A DNA stretch of 41,495 bases from Basidioascus undulatus. Its lineage: Eukaryota. This document shows, one piece after another, positions 1-11,650 of the stretch. The stretch's first letter is position 1. Every line of letters begins with the position of its first letter. The notes beneath the pieces were generated by a model, which was not told the origin of the DNA, did not search any database, and saw only the letters and a list, made by a program, of their open reading frames with translations. A program made the position numbers and the translations under genes. The stretch spans positions 1 through 41,495 of the forward strand of contig JTLS01000028.1 of the NCBI GenBank assembly GCA_000826855.1, read 5' to 3'.

Positions 1-1
1 A

Positions 2-2329
2 CGCCCGTCCGCCTCCCAACACACCGTCTCCTCCACCCTCCTCCCCTCCGCGCCCCTCAACCGCGTCACCATCTCCCCGCTCGAGACGCCCACCGTCGCG
101 CCCCTCGACGCCGAGCCCGCGACGCGCCGGACGCTCAGCAACCTCAGCCTCGCGAGCGAGATCGAGCGCGAGGAGGCGCGCGAGCGCGAGCAGGCCGCCG
201 CGTCCGGGGCGGTCGTGCCGCCTCTGACACCGGACAAGGCCGTCTGGGAAGCGGAGGATCGCGCGGCGGGATGGGGCGAAGTGCCCGGCAGCCCGGCGAC
301 GCCGAGGGCCGCGGAGGATGGAGAACAGGCCCCGCCCCAGCCGAGCTCGCCTATACAGACTGTGCGCGCGTCGAGCCTCGAGTCCAATAGGTCGCAGGCG
401 GCACCTTCCATCCGGGTGCGCAGCTTCTCTTACCTTGTTGTGTTCGGATCTTCACTGAACGAGCTGGACAACAGCGCCCTCCCCGCGAGCAAGACCCTTC
501 CGCGCCCTTCCAAATCACCGTCGGCGACCCCCAAAAAGTGGGCAACCCGACCTCCGCGCACATCGTCTACACCGTCCGCACCCGCGTGCGTCCCCCCCAC
601 CTTCCCCCACTCCCTTGTCATTGACGCGCCCGCCCGCAGACCTCCCTCCCCCAGTTCCGGCAGTCCTCCTTCTCCGTCCTCCGCCGGTACTCCGACTTCC
701 TCTGGCTCTACGAGGCGGTGTGCCGCAACAACCCCGGCGTGTTCGTGCCCCCTCCGCCCGAGAAGCAGGCCGTCGGTGCGTTGTCTCCTCCCCCCTCCCT
801 CGCCTCCCGAATGCTTGGCGCGCGAGGTGGTAGCTGAAATGCGAAGGAGGGTGGGGCAGGCCGCTTCCAGCACGAGTTCATCGAGTCGCGCCGGCTTGCG
901 CTCGAGCGCCAGATCCAGAAGACGGCGAACCACCCGCTGCTCGCGTCCGACCCGGATCTCAAGCTCTTCCTCGAGTCCGATACGTTCACTTATGATGTGC
1001 GTTTGACCTCTCACAGCGACCCCATCTCTCTCCTGTTCAGAAAGCTGATCGTGAAACCGGCCCTCCTGTAGGTGAAGCACCGCCAGGCTGAACGCCAGCA
1101 AGAGAGCAAGGGCATGTTTGCGTCGATCGGGAGCAGCTTGGTTGGGCCGCGGTTCTTCGAGACGGGTGCGTGTTCTCTGCGGTTCATGTCCTGCTTGGTA
1201 AACAGAATAAAGGACCTGATCAGGCGATCGCCGACACAGACGAATGGTACGACAACCAGCGGACCTACCTCGACGGGCTCGAAGCGCAGCTCAAAGCGCT
1301 CGTCAAAGCGCTGCACGCCGTCTCGGCCCAGCGGATCGGTGCGTCCTCTCCACCTCTCACCCTCCCTGTCCTCTCTCCGCTGACCGATTCATCCGGGTGC
1401 ACACAGAACTCGCATCGGCGTCCGCCGACCTCTCCGCGTCCCTCACGGAGCTCTCCACCCTCTCCGTATCCAAGAACCTCGCGCACGTCCTCGGCCTCCT
1501 CGCGAACGTGCAGCGTCGCGCGCGCGAGGGGCTCGACGAGCTCGCGCGCAGCGACGTCGTCACGCTGCTCAACACCGGTAAGCGTTGTCCCTCCTTCACT
1601 CTTCCGCTTCCTCCTACCTGCCCCTGCCCCTGCCCCCCTTCTCATTCCTCCGCACGAGCGACTCCTGCTGATTGTAGATGCGGGATGGGCGGGGCAGTTG
1701 ACGAGTACGTGCGCCAGATAGGCTCGATCCGCCTCGCGTTTGCGAGCCGCGTCAAGGCGCACGCGGCGTGGATGAGTGCCGAGAGCGCGCTTAAGAAGCG
1801 CCGCGCGCTGCACGAGAAGCAGAAGGCCCAGGGCCAGATCCATAACTTCAACATCGACCAAGCGCTGGCGGAGCTGACTGAGGTCCGTCTCCCCCCCCCT
1901 CCCCACTCTCTCTTTCCCCTCAGAGCGAAGAGACTAATGAACGGGTGGCTCCGAGGACAGGCCGAACGTAGAGTCCATGACGCCCGCGGGGAGTTCGACG
2001 ACGTCGGCAAGCTCGTCAAGGCCGAGATGGCGCGATTCAATGTCGAGCGCATCGAGGACGTGCGCAACGCACTTGATGACTTCCTGGAGAGCCTCATTGC
2101 GGGGCAGAAGGCGGTGCGTCCCTCCCCCACCCCTCCTCCCTCCTTTCCCCCCTTCACCGCCGTGTTGAGCACGGATTGACGTGGGGTACCGGGCGTCCAG
2201 ATCTTGGCGGCCTGGGAGGAGTACCACGAGGTGCTGTTGCGCCACGCGCCGAACGGCGCGGGGAAGAGGCCCCAGCAGCCACAGCAGCAGGCTGTTGTAG
2301 GGCCGAGCTCCCCGGGAGTGAGGGCTTGA
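2..2329 (+). CDS. VPS5: Sorting nexin Vps5/SNX1-like (PX + BAR), 5'-partial, ~9 exons
   Basis: Spliced exons give PX motifs FQITVGDPQKVG, HIVYTVRT, VLRRYSDFLWL, NPGVFVPPPPEKQ, FIESRRLALE, HPLLASDPDLKLFLES, then a BAR region (DEWYDNQRTYLDGLEAQLKAL, VKAEMARFNVERIED). GT-AG introns; stop TGA 2327-2329. Confidence 0.9.
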
Positions 2330-2949
2330 TGGCTTGAGGACCGGAGGGGAGTGGGGAGCGTTCGGAGCGATGTGCAAGGGAATGAGGGTTTTTTTTGGTT
2401 TCACTGATCTATCATAAGCGTTCACCGTACACCTGTGTCTTGTCCCCGACGGCTATTCAGTCCTTGCCCGTTCGACGGACACGACGCACGGTTAGCGGAG
2501 TTCGACGGACAGATTGACGTTCCAGCTGTCTTAGTAAAAACGCGAGTTGACCGCAAGAACACTACTGGTTGCCCAGCAATGGGCATTGGGCTGCATGCTG
2601 CAGCCGCGGGGATGCATGAGGACCCAGTAATGTTGCGGACACATTCGGCGGAAGCAGCGTAATCGTTTCGAACAGAGACAAATGTTCTCGCGACATTACA
2701 GATCTACCTTGATATCCTCTCTCCCGTCTTGCAACCACCCGTCTTCCCGCCAGCGCGCCTCGCCGTCCCACCAGTATAACCTTCAGCGCGACCTTTTCTC
2801 CTTCCCTTGCGGTCCTTGCGCCCTAAACCGGCGAAGCCTTCTCCTCCTCTCCGCCCGCAAACTCTTCCTAGCACACTCCAGACCCGCGCACCTTCCTCCC
2901 CAGGTCCTCGAACGCGCCTCGAAGGGGCGACCGGACTGCGTCTGCCCAC

Positions 2950-4214
2950 TCAGTCGCTCGCCGCTCCTGTCCCTCGTAGAACTTCTGCGAGCACCTCCTC
3001 GTCCGCGTCGTCCTCGTCCAGACCTTCGACCTCTCCGTCGTCGGCCACGCAAAAGCGTGTCAGTTGCGGGAGCGCGGGCGAGCAGTGCACCGGCGCGAGG
3101 CGGCCAACGACGCGGACGCGGCGAAGCGAGGGGATGCCAGAGATGAAGGAGGCGACGGCGTTCTAGGCAGTGATTTTTTTCCAGGGAATTCGTTTGCGGG
3201 AGATAGGTTAAGGCATGAAAGATGTGGTAAGGTCGGAACTACCGAGTTCGTGTCGTCCTCAACCTCAAGCAAGTCCCCTTGCACATCGAGCTCCTCGAGG
3301 CCCCCCAACAGCTCTGCAACTCTTTTCAGATCCCCGTCGTCTGGCTGGCCTTGAAGTTGCACACCAAGCGCTTGGAGCAGCTCGGGACTGGGCAGCGATC
3401 TCGAGTCGCTGGAGAAGCCCCTCACATGTGAAAGGTTCGTAAAGACGGAGGTTGCGGAACGAGGGACAATCGGCGAACGATGGCATTTCGGCGGAGCCCA
3501 ACAGCTCGAAAACCTGAGCGACGGGTGGTCGGCGAGAAAGGCTCGCCACCATGCATGCGGCGGGGTCGTTCGAAAAAGGTTGGAACCACAGTGGAGAGGG
3601 CAGGGCGGGAGCAGGGTGGAGAGGGTTAGAACCGACGGCCCCGAGAGGACCTTGAGCGCCTTGAGCGTCGGCCCTGCGGGGGCGACGAGGGGGGGCCAGA
3701 CCGTCATACTCTGTCTCTACTTCTTAGCCCGGCCTCGGCAACCGGATGACGAGGCGCTCGAGCCGAGCAGGGACGCGGGTGACGGACGCGATCCATCCGC
3801 CCCCGCTGAGGTCAAGGGAGACGAGTGAAGCGCAGTCGGCGATAGCGAGTGGCAGGGGAGGCTCCAGGAGGGCTCGGACGATGGCGGCGACGCAGTCGTC
3901 GAAAAGGGGATAGACGTCAGGAAGGGGAGAGGGGGCCTGCAAGTCGCCGCTCAGAGTGAGTCGTCTTTGAAAAAGCAGACCGTCAGTATGAGGCTTTAAA
4001 GACGGAAGATTTGGATCGGAACGCACCTGACAAACTTTGCGGCCTCCCATTCGAGCAGGATCGAGGTGTTGATGGAGCGCAGGACACGCGGCCGGGCAGA
4101 GGAAGAGATCGAACGAGAGACGAGCGAAAGTGACTTGAGCTCGTCGCGAGCGAGAAAGGGCCTGCAAAGGTCAAGGGCGAGCGCGGTCTTGTGAGGAGTA
4201 CTACCAGAAGACAT
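2950..4214 (-). pseudogene. Degenerate F-box/LRR-like gene
   Basis: ATG 4214 gives an F-box-like segment (LDLCRPFLARDELKSLSLVSRSISSSARPRVLRSI), an intron ~4028-3968, then LRR-like segments (LVSLDLSG, LERLVIRL, LEELDVQG). These are interrupted by TAA 3724-3726 and frame switches near 3515 and 3385. 3' end approximate. Confidence 0.55.
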
Positions 4215-5991
4215 AGCGGCGGCGGGAGCTTGGTCAGAGATGGACGATAGAAAGGTAGAAAGGGAATGGGAAAGCTCACGTTAGATTACATCAGGGGCAT
4301 GCAGATTGTGGTGCTTAAAGAAGACGCCGTGTTACATATGTAGCGCACACAGCCTCTGACCGCGACACGTTGCCACGTTGACCGCGGCGACGTCCTCCAA
4401 AGTCGCTCCAATCGGGGTAATAAATATAACACAAGATGGAAAAGTACATGCAGCGCTTGAACAGCAGGCCTTTTTATTTTCATGTTGCGCTGAACCGTTT
4501 GTCGTGGATGGCGCTCAAGCTGGCGGTTCATCACATCGGAATTGGTACTGGTGCCGCAGTTCATGTCGGGCAGGCTGACCAGACACTGTTCGATAACTGT
4601 TGGCTTCTGGCTTTGCTGGCTTGTATCCATCCATGGGCAATTTTAAGATATAGCACCCGCCCTGGTATAATAACAGCTACGGTGTTTCCGTAGTGCGTGT
4701 ATGGTTTCGACTTTCTGGTCCCCGATTTGCACTGCCCTTCTGAACCGTTCTCTGGGCGTTATGCACGCTTTTAGGCTTAGGCGTACAGGACAGATACGAG
4801 TGTCAAGTTATATAAAGAATCCTTTTGTATACGTTTCAGAATAAACATCTTGGATACACAAGCTTCAGCATTGCCTTGCGTGTGTGTGAGTTACTCTGTA
4901 CTCTCCTCTCCGCAAGTTAGGAATGATGATCACCTCTCACTGGCAGCCCGCACTGTGGAAAGTTCACAAAATAAAGAATACATAATGCATTCCCGTTTCT
5001 CTACCCAGCCTAGGCTTGGTTACCCTCCCTGATCCATCTCTGAAGCAGACCCTCTAAGCCTCCCTATTCCTCGGCGGCGGCTTACCATTTCTCACAGCCA
5101 CAGCGCCCGCGCTTGCACCACGTCGGTAATCAATAGGAGAACCGCCCCATTGACTACCTTCTCTCGCACACCTCCACCCCCTTCTATCAGCCGGTTTTTC
5201 CCTACTACCAATCCCAATTTCTTTTCCCCTCAGTACCCTGGCCCGCACCTGCGAGAGCCTTCTTATGGTGAAGTACGCGCCGTAAGGAATGTTCAGAAGC
5301 AGTGAGCACCCATTGTATTCCCAGGATACCTAAAAGTGAAACAAATAGTGTATCGCTGGCGGGTGTTTCCGTAGGCATCCTGCTGCTTGAGCCTCGGAAG
5401 ATTTGGTAACTATGCTTGCTGCTGCTTAGCTTTTCTTGTGGACAAGCGCGCTGCAATTGGCGGACACCTGGACTGAAGCAAATAAATTATAGTTATGAAT
5501 GTTCAGTGTCAGCGGCGCGGATATTTGCAGTCGCTCGCTGATGCAAATAATGCAGTAGGATGACGCTCTGAAGTCTGAATGATGTACCCAAGGGGAGATT
5601 GCTTGGGCTCTTTTATTTGTCAAAGCCATGACCCCCTGAAAAGCATCTCTGATTCAAGACACAGTCAGTGGCGAAAGCGAGGAGCGGCTGCGTGTGATCA
5701 TTGCGTGAGGGTGCACGGTTGTACCCAAGCGGAGCACAAGCGGCTGCCTTGTCGCTTGCTCGTGTGACCTCGTTCACATTAGATGAGTGGTGGGACAAAG
5801 GAGCACTTTTCAGCAAATATTAGATGGCCGATACCCACCCATGCAATCGTTGAAAAGGGATTCCGTCTCCCTTTGATCCAGCGGAAGGGTCGTTTGCTCA
5901 CACGGGCTGCCTTTTGAAAGCATTTGTTCTCAGACCTTTGAAACCCTCCTAGCCAGGGAATCGGCACCCAAATTGGCACAAACACGGCGAA

Positions 5992-6068
5992 AGGGGCTCA
6001 GAGGGGCTTTCAGAGCGGATCAGACCACGGGCTTGCCCGCTAGCGCAGGTGCCCGGACTGGGATATAA
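5992..6068 (+). promoter_or_regulatory. Candidate promoter: two AGGGG (STRE-like) elements and TATAA upstream of the orphan ORF
   Basis: AGGGG at 5992-5996 and 6002-6006; TATAA at 6064-6068, ~155 nt before ATG 6221. Confidence 0.25.
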
Positions 6069-6220
6069 GCAAAACAGACACACTCGATTGTTCGCTTTCA
6101 CCAACTCATCATTCCACTCGTTACCGTGCGTTTAACCACTCACAACGTTCTCTCCTTCATCACTTTCTAATATCGGAGCGACCCATAGTGCTCTCCTTCT
6201 CCAACGTCTCGACAGCCGAG

Positions 6221-6673
6221 ATGTTCGACAAGCTCCCCATCCCGCGCCGCAGCCGCACGACGTCGACGGACACCATTTCCTCGAGCTCCTCGAGCTTGCA
6301 CATGCCCTCCTTCCTCAACCAAAATGCCCACCCTTTGCACGACATCGAGCGGCACCACTCTCCCACTCGGCACTTGACCGTCTCCGAGTCACAGTGGGGC
6401 GATCCGCGCGGGACGTGGGTGGTGCATGTCGTGGACATCCATCGGCGTGGGCGCCTCGTCAAGAAGGTCATTGTGGAGCGGAAGAAGGATGGGCGGGAGA
6501 GCGTCGCGGTCGTGCGCTACGATGAGCGTGGGGAGGAGATCCGGGGCCATGAGCAGGTGTGGACTGGTGGGCAGCTGGGACTGGGGTGGGAGGCTTCGGC
6601 GGGGGTGAGGTGGGAGGACTGGATCGAGGATGAAGAGAAGCCAAGGAGACAGGGTACAAATTCATCACTCTGA
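6221..6673 (+). CDS. Intronless hypothetical protein (~150 aa)
   Basis: Open frame with GC-rich third positions like the neighbouring genes, an upstream TATA and pyrimidine-rich leader; Ser-rich N-terminus and Trp-rich C-terminus. No family recognised. Confidence 0.55.
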   Translation: MFDKLPIPRRSRTTSTDTISSSSSSLHMPSFLNQNAHPLHDIERHHSPTRHLTVSESQWGDPRGTWVVHVVDIHRRGRLVKKVIVERKKDGRESVAVVRYDERGEEIRGHEQVWTGGQLGLGWEASAGVRWEDWIEDEEKPRRQGTNSSL

Positions 6674-7156
6674 ATAGAATGAAGTTGCTTTTGTTTTACG
6701 GGATGCGTGCAAAGCCGTGCTTCTCTGCTTGCCTGGGTCGAGCTATCCGAGTGTCTGGAGGCCGGACAGACTTGAGAAACATGGCTGCATGTGACACCGC
6801 GAAATTTGAAGTATCATCTTCACGGATGGATTCAGTAGGAATGTCCCGACCAGAACGGAAGCCCAAGGCAGCGCTCAGGCTTGAACTACCCAGTCAGTGC
6901 GAACACTGCGCTTCACTCATCACGCCTCGACTGTCCTCTGCGAATGCGTCAGATGGCACTTGCAAAAGCAAACGCTGCGCGGACATTATTGATTCATCAA
7001 TGACTGTCTTACATTGCGCAGTGGAAGCTCGCGCGGATGCACCTAGTCGAAGGAACGCCAGCTCTCGTCGTCTACGGCTTTGCAGCCACAGCTGAGCGTT
7101 TGAACAGGCGACCTGCTAGTGCTAAGAGTCTCAAAGATGTGCCAAGTAAATTACAT

Positions 7157-8609
7157 TCATCCCAGGGGCCGGCACAAGTGGACCTCGTGATCCCACGAGC
7201 AAGTCGCGAGCACGCCCTCCTCGAACAAGCTCCAGCTGCACCCGACAACGAACTCCGTGTGCAAGTCGTGGATGTGCCGGAGGCTTGGCTGCCCAGGCGG
7301 CGCGGCGGTGTCCCATCTGTTCATTCGCCAAAGATCAGCCATCCGTCTTCGCAGATCACATGATGGGGAGTGGGACGACGTACACTCGGGCAGTCATGTC
7401 GTAGCTGGCACTGGCGAGGACGGATGGAGAGTGGGGAGACCACGCGACGCGCCGGACGGCGAACTCGTGCCCTAGGCAAGTCTGGATGCGCGGTGCGCCG
7501 AGCGCGAGCCCGGCGTCGGGAGAAGGGGCGGAGGACGCTTTGCGCACGTCCCAAACTTGGATGGTCCGGTCGACGGAGCCCGTCGCTATGGTGAAGGGTT
7601 GGTACTTGTTCCAGTCGAGAGACTGTGCTTGGCGGAAGGGTGAGCAAGAACAGGCGCACGTAGAGACGGGAAGGAAGACGGACGAGCACTTCGGTAGTTG
7701 AAGTTGGGACGGTCAAGGCTGGTGGTGCCGGACCGTTTTGAGAGGGCGCTATAGGAGTGCGGGTGTCCCAGATCTTGAGAGCTGATGCGGGACAGCATTA
7801 GACATAGCGTGAGCGGAAGTCGGACCGATCAAGGGACGCACTGCCGTCGCCGGAACAGGACGCAAGGACGGTCGGGTTGTGAGGAGAGAAGATAGCAGCG
7901 TAGACGCAGTGCGTGTGAGCGGGAATGGTGAGCAGTGATTGAGGTGCTTCGGGGGACCACTGTAAGCAGCATTTGGTAAGTCGTTGGCGTCGGCATCGGT
8001 GACATCCGGCAGCACCGACCAGCTTGATCGAACCGTCCCAGCTTGAGCTGTGCAAATGTAGGGCGTCCAGCATAACTCTGGGAGACAAGTGAGTCAGGGC
8101 AACTCACGTAGCAAACGTGTCCTTCTTGATGTTGTTCCAGTCCACCGAAAAGACCTCCCGCGAGTGCTCGTGCCAGGCGCGGATAGGGAACTCCTGCAAG
8201 GTCCGAGCAAGGGGTGAGGCCGAACTTCAGGCTAAGCATAGGATTACGACGAACATTGATCTCAGTATCCCATAACTTGACACTCCCGTCCCCACTCCCC
8301 GTCGCGAACTGATTCTCGTGCAGCTCGCTCCATGCGAGGTCGTACAGGCCGTCTTGGGTGTCCCAGCTGTCCACTCCCTCCGAATCAGACCCGGCCATCT
8401 TGCTCCTACTGCAAATGTTTTTATGCGCGCAATTTCTGTACCCCCAGTTGCCCTGGCTGCTGTGGTCCAAGAAGGAAGGCACGGCCATTGCCGACGAGGC
8501 CGTAGTGCTGCGCGGACGCGACGGCGAGGCGTCCTTCGAAGAACGGGGAGAAGGCGAGCGAGTAGCCTGCAAATGGCGCCGTCCGTATTCGCTGTGCGTG
8601 TGTCTCCAT
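7157..8609 (-). CDS. PEX7: Peroxisomal PTS2 receptor Pex7 (WD40), multi-exon
   Basis: RTAPFAGYSLAFSPFFEGRLAVASAQHYGLVGNGR, WDTQDGLYDLAWSELHENQ, SSWDGSIK, LGHEFAVRRVAWSPH, LASASYDMT, HDLHTEFVVGCSWSLFEEGVLATCSWD. Confidence 0.95.
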
Positions 8610-8867
8610 CGTTGCTGGAGTTCCTTGCTCGTTGATGATGAGGTGATGGAAGAGGCAAGGCGAGCAGCACAAGACACTCGGCTCTCGGGAGATGGAAGCC
8701 GGCCCGCACAGCAACCCGCGGACCCCAATGAGCTCCGTCCGCGGAACGACCCGGCACCGAAGCTTGAGTCGCAGCTCGTGGCGGTCGCCCCTTTGACTCG
8801 CACCAACACCATCCTCTCCTCCATTCCGCCTTTCTTTTCCTTCTAGCCTGATAAACACAGCGCAACG

Positions 8868-11119
8868 ATGTCGTCCCACTCTGGCGAGTCCGACCTCGAC
8901 GCGGACCTTCTCGACCTCGTCGACGACAAGCCGCGCAGCAAGAAGCCGAGCAAGAAGCGGAGAAAGATGGCCGCGTACGTTCCCGGCTGGCTGTCTGGGG
9001 CACCGGCGTACCCAGCTGACATTCAGGGCGATAAGGACGGTATCGGATTCGGATGCGGAGTTTGAGTCGGAAGACGACGTTGGGAGGGAAGGAGGAAAGG
9101 CGGAGGCGGCACGAGACGAGAACCCGTACCCGCTCGAGGGGAAGTACAAGGATGAGGAGGATAGGGAAAGGTTCGTCCCTTCCCTTTCAGCGTCCATGGA
9201 TCCAAGATGTGCATTGAAGGCCTGGCGTGCAGGCTCCTCGAGATGGGCGAGTTCGAGCGCGAAGAAATCCTTGCCAGTCGCAGCGAAGAGCTGCAACGCA
9301 TCCGCGACAGCTCCAACATCAGCAAGCTCCTCGCCTCCGCAAACAACGACCAGGCGGAGAATGTTTCCAGCGCAGCAAAGCGTGGGTCTCGGGCGTTGTC
9401 ATCCTGGCCGCGCCGAGGGTTGTGCTGATCAACCGCGTCACTCGCTCACAGGGCAACATACCGCCGTCGGAGCGTCGAAGGAGAAGAGCCGCAAGCTCAA
9501 CGAGCTCAAGCGGAAGCGCGAGGCGAAGGACAAGAAGGAGCGCCGCCATGTACGCTCGCCTGCCCTTTCCCTATCCTTCTCGTTGGTCTGATGAGGCGTG
9601 CGATGCGTGCAGCACGACGACGACTCCCCCGCCAAGCGACTGCGCGGCTCGTCCGACAGTGAAGCCGACTCGGAGGAGGGCGAGATCGACAAAGTCGAGG
9701 AGGAGGAGATGGACGAGAAGGCCGACCAGGCGATCACCATCCGCGACGTCAGCCGCGTCCAGCTCAGCCGGACTCAGCTCATCGAGTACATGCACACGCC
9801 GTGGTACGAGGACTTTGTCAAAGGTTCGTACCCATCGTGCGCCGTTCCTACTGTCTGTTGAACCTTCCTTGTCTGTCTCAGGCGCTTTCCTGCGGTATTG
9901 CGTCGGCGAGCGCGATGGTGCGCCGGAATATCGGTTGTGCGAGGTCATCGGTAAGTACGATGCCTCGGTGTGGCCACGGGCGTACGACGTACGGCTAAAG
10001 CTTTGACGTTAAATAGGACTCGGAGAGGACCTCGTCAAGCCCTACATCGTCGACAATGCGAAGCCGGACATGTTCACGGACCAGGTTCTCGTCTTGCGCC
10101 ACGGCAAGGACGACCGGAAGATGAAGATCCACAACGTCTCGAACTCGCAGGTTATGGAGGTGAGGCTTGCAGTCATCATCGACTGCCTGTTGCGTTGGCT
10201 GACGAATCTGGCTTTTCCCAAAGCGCGAGTTTAACCGCTTTATGTTGCAAGCGCAGGCGGACCGCATCAAGACGCCGTCGAGGCGCGCTCTGCAAAAGGT
10301 GCAGGACAAACTTGAAGAATTCAAGGCGCGGCCCTGGACGGATGTGCGTGACCCTCGTGACCAGCGCTATTTGTCCTCGTCCTGTGTGCTGACCGTTTAT
10401 GTCCTCGTCTTCACAGGAGGTCATTACGGAGAAGATGCGGAAGAAGAAGGCGCTCATCGCGCAAGCGAAAGGGCGCGGCACCGCGTCGGGGCGTCTTTCG
10501 TCGATCGTGCAGGAGCGCGCGAATCTGTTGACGGAGCGCGAGCTGGCGGTCAAGCGCCGGGACCGGGCGGCCGTTGCCCGCCTCGACCTCCGCCTCGACG
10601 AGCTCAACCAGGAGTCGGCCGAGCTCAAGCCGATGAGCAGCCCGAACCTCGACGCGCAGGACCGGCTCGCCAAGCTCAACGAGCGCAACCGGCGCGCGAA
10701 CCAGGAGGAGGTGCGTCGGGCCGAGCAGCGCGCGGCGGAGAGGAAAAAGCAGATGCAGAAGGAGGGGAGCTTCGACCCGAGCGCGCGCTTGAAGACGACC
10801 GTACGCACGCGAGAGTCGAGGTGCGTCTAACTCTGCGTCTTGGTCCCGTGGTCGCGAAGGCTGACGTTGCATGGGGAACAGGACGAATACGCCTACGCCC
10901 GGCACCTCGGTCCCCGGCTCGCCCGTCATCGTCCTCGATGGCGCAGACGACACCACGTCGACCCTCGGCGCGAACGGCACCGCCACCGCGCCGGCCAGCC
11001 CGCTGCCCACCAACGGCAGCTCGTCGACGCCAGCGCGGCCCGCGACCAAGCCTGGCTCGCGCTTCGAGGAGATGATCGTCAACAGCATCGACGTCGAAGT
11101 CGATTTGGGCGACTTCTAG
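8868..11119 (+). CDS. RTF1: Paf1 complex subunit Rtf1 (Plus3 domain), multi-exon
   Basis: ENPYPLEGKYKDEEDRE, LLEMGEFEREEILASR, Plus3 region (MHTPWYEDFVKG-AFLRYCVG...YRLCEV, LRHGKDDRKMKIHNVSN), LAKLNERNRRANQEEVRRAE, C-terminal IDVEVDLGDF. Confidence 0.93.
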
Positions 11120-11650
11120 TGGCTTGCTGTCGACGTTGTTCTCAGGAAAGAGGAAATGAGCTTGGGAAGACGCTGAGATGCTCGGGCTGTCAAGCTTTTC
11201 TGGAATCTCGTTTGATATGTGTACAGTCGATCCGCTCATGGTCAATTGCTTTGGGTTTCTCTTACCTTTATTGCCATCCAACTTCACGCGCTTTGTTACC
11301 AATCCCATCCATGCATTTATCCCGCCTCTGGCCCATAGAGCTGCATTGTTTTCCCGATCCTTCACAGTCTCCACCTCGTGCATTTGTATTTATTGCTAGC
11401 ATAGGTCATGTCGGATGCAATTTGTTGTCTCTCAACGGAGCTTGCTGTACATTCCCTTTCGTGTTGCAGAGTTGTTGGAGGTGACCTTCGGCCAGCTTTG
11501 ACGCTTCGCCAACATTTCGTTGCACGTGCCTCAGGCGATAACCTTGAACGCAGTGTTCGTTACTGACGTTCTACCTTCCACCACGACTTTCATATCCGAC
11601 ACTGCATTTTCACCCTTTATCTCTCAAGCAGAGACCTGCGGCACGGTGCA

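Noticed and set aside
2470..2510. 12-nt direct repeat GTTCGACGGACA (two copies)
   Set aside because: Only two units with no array, terminal repeats or associated element; likely a chance or local duplication.
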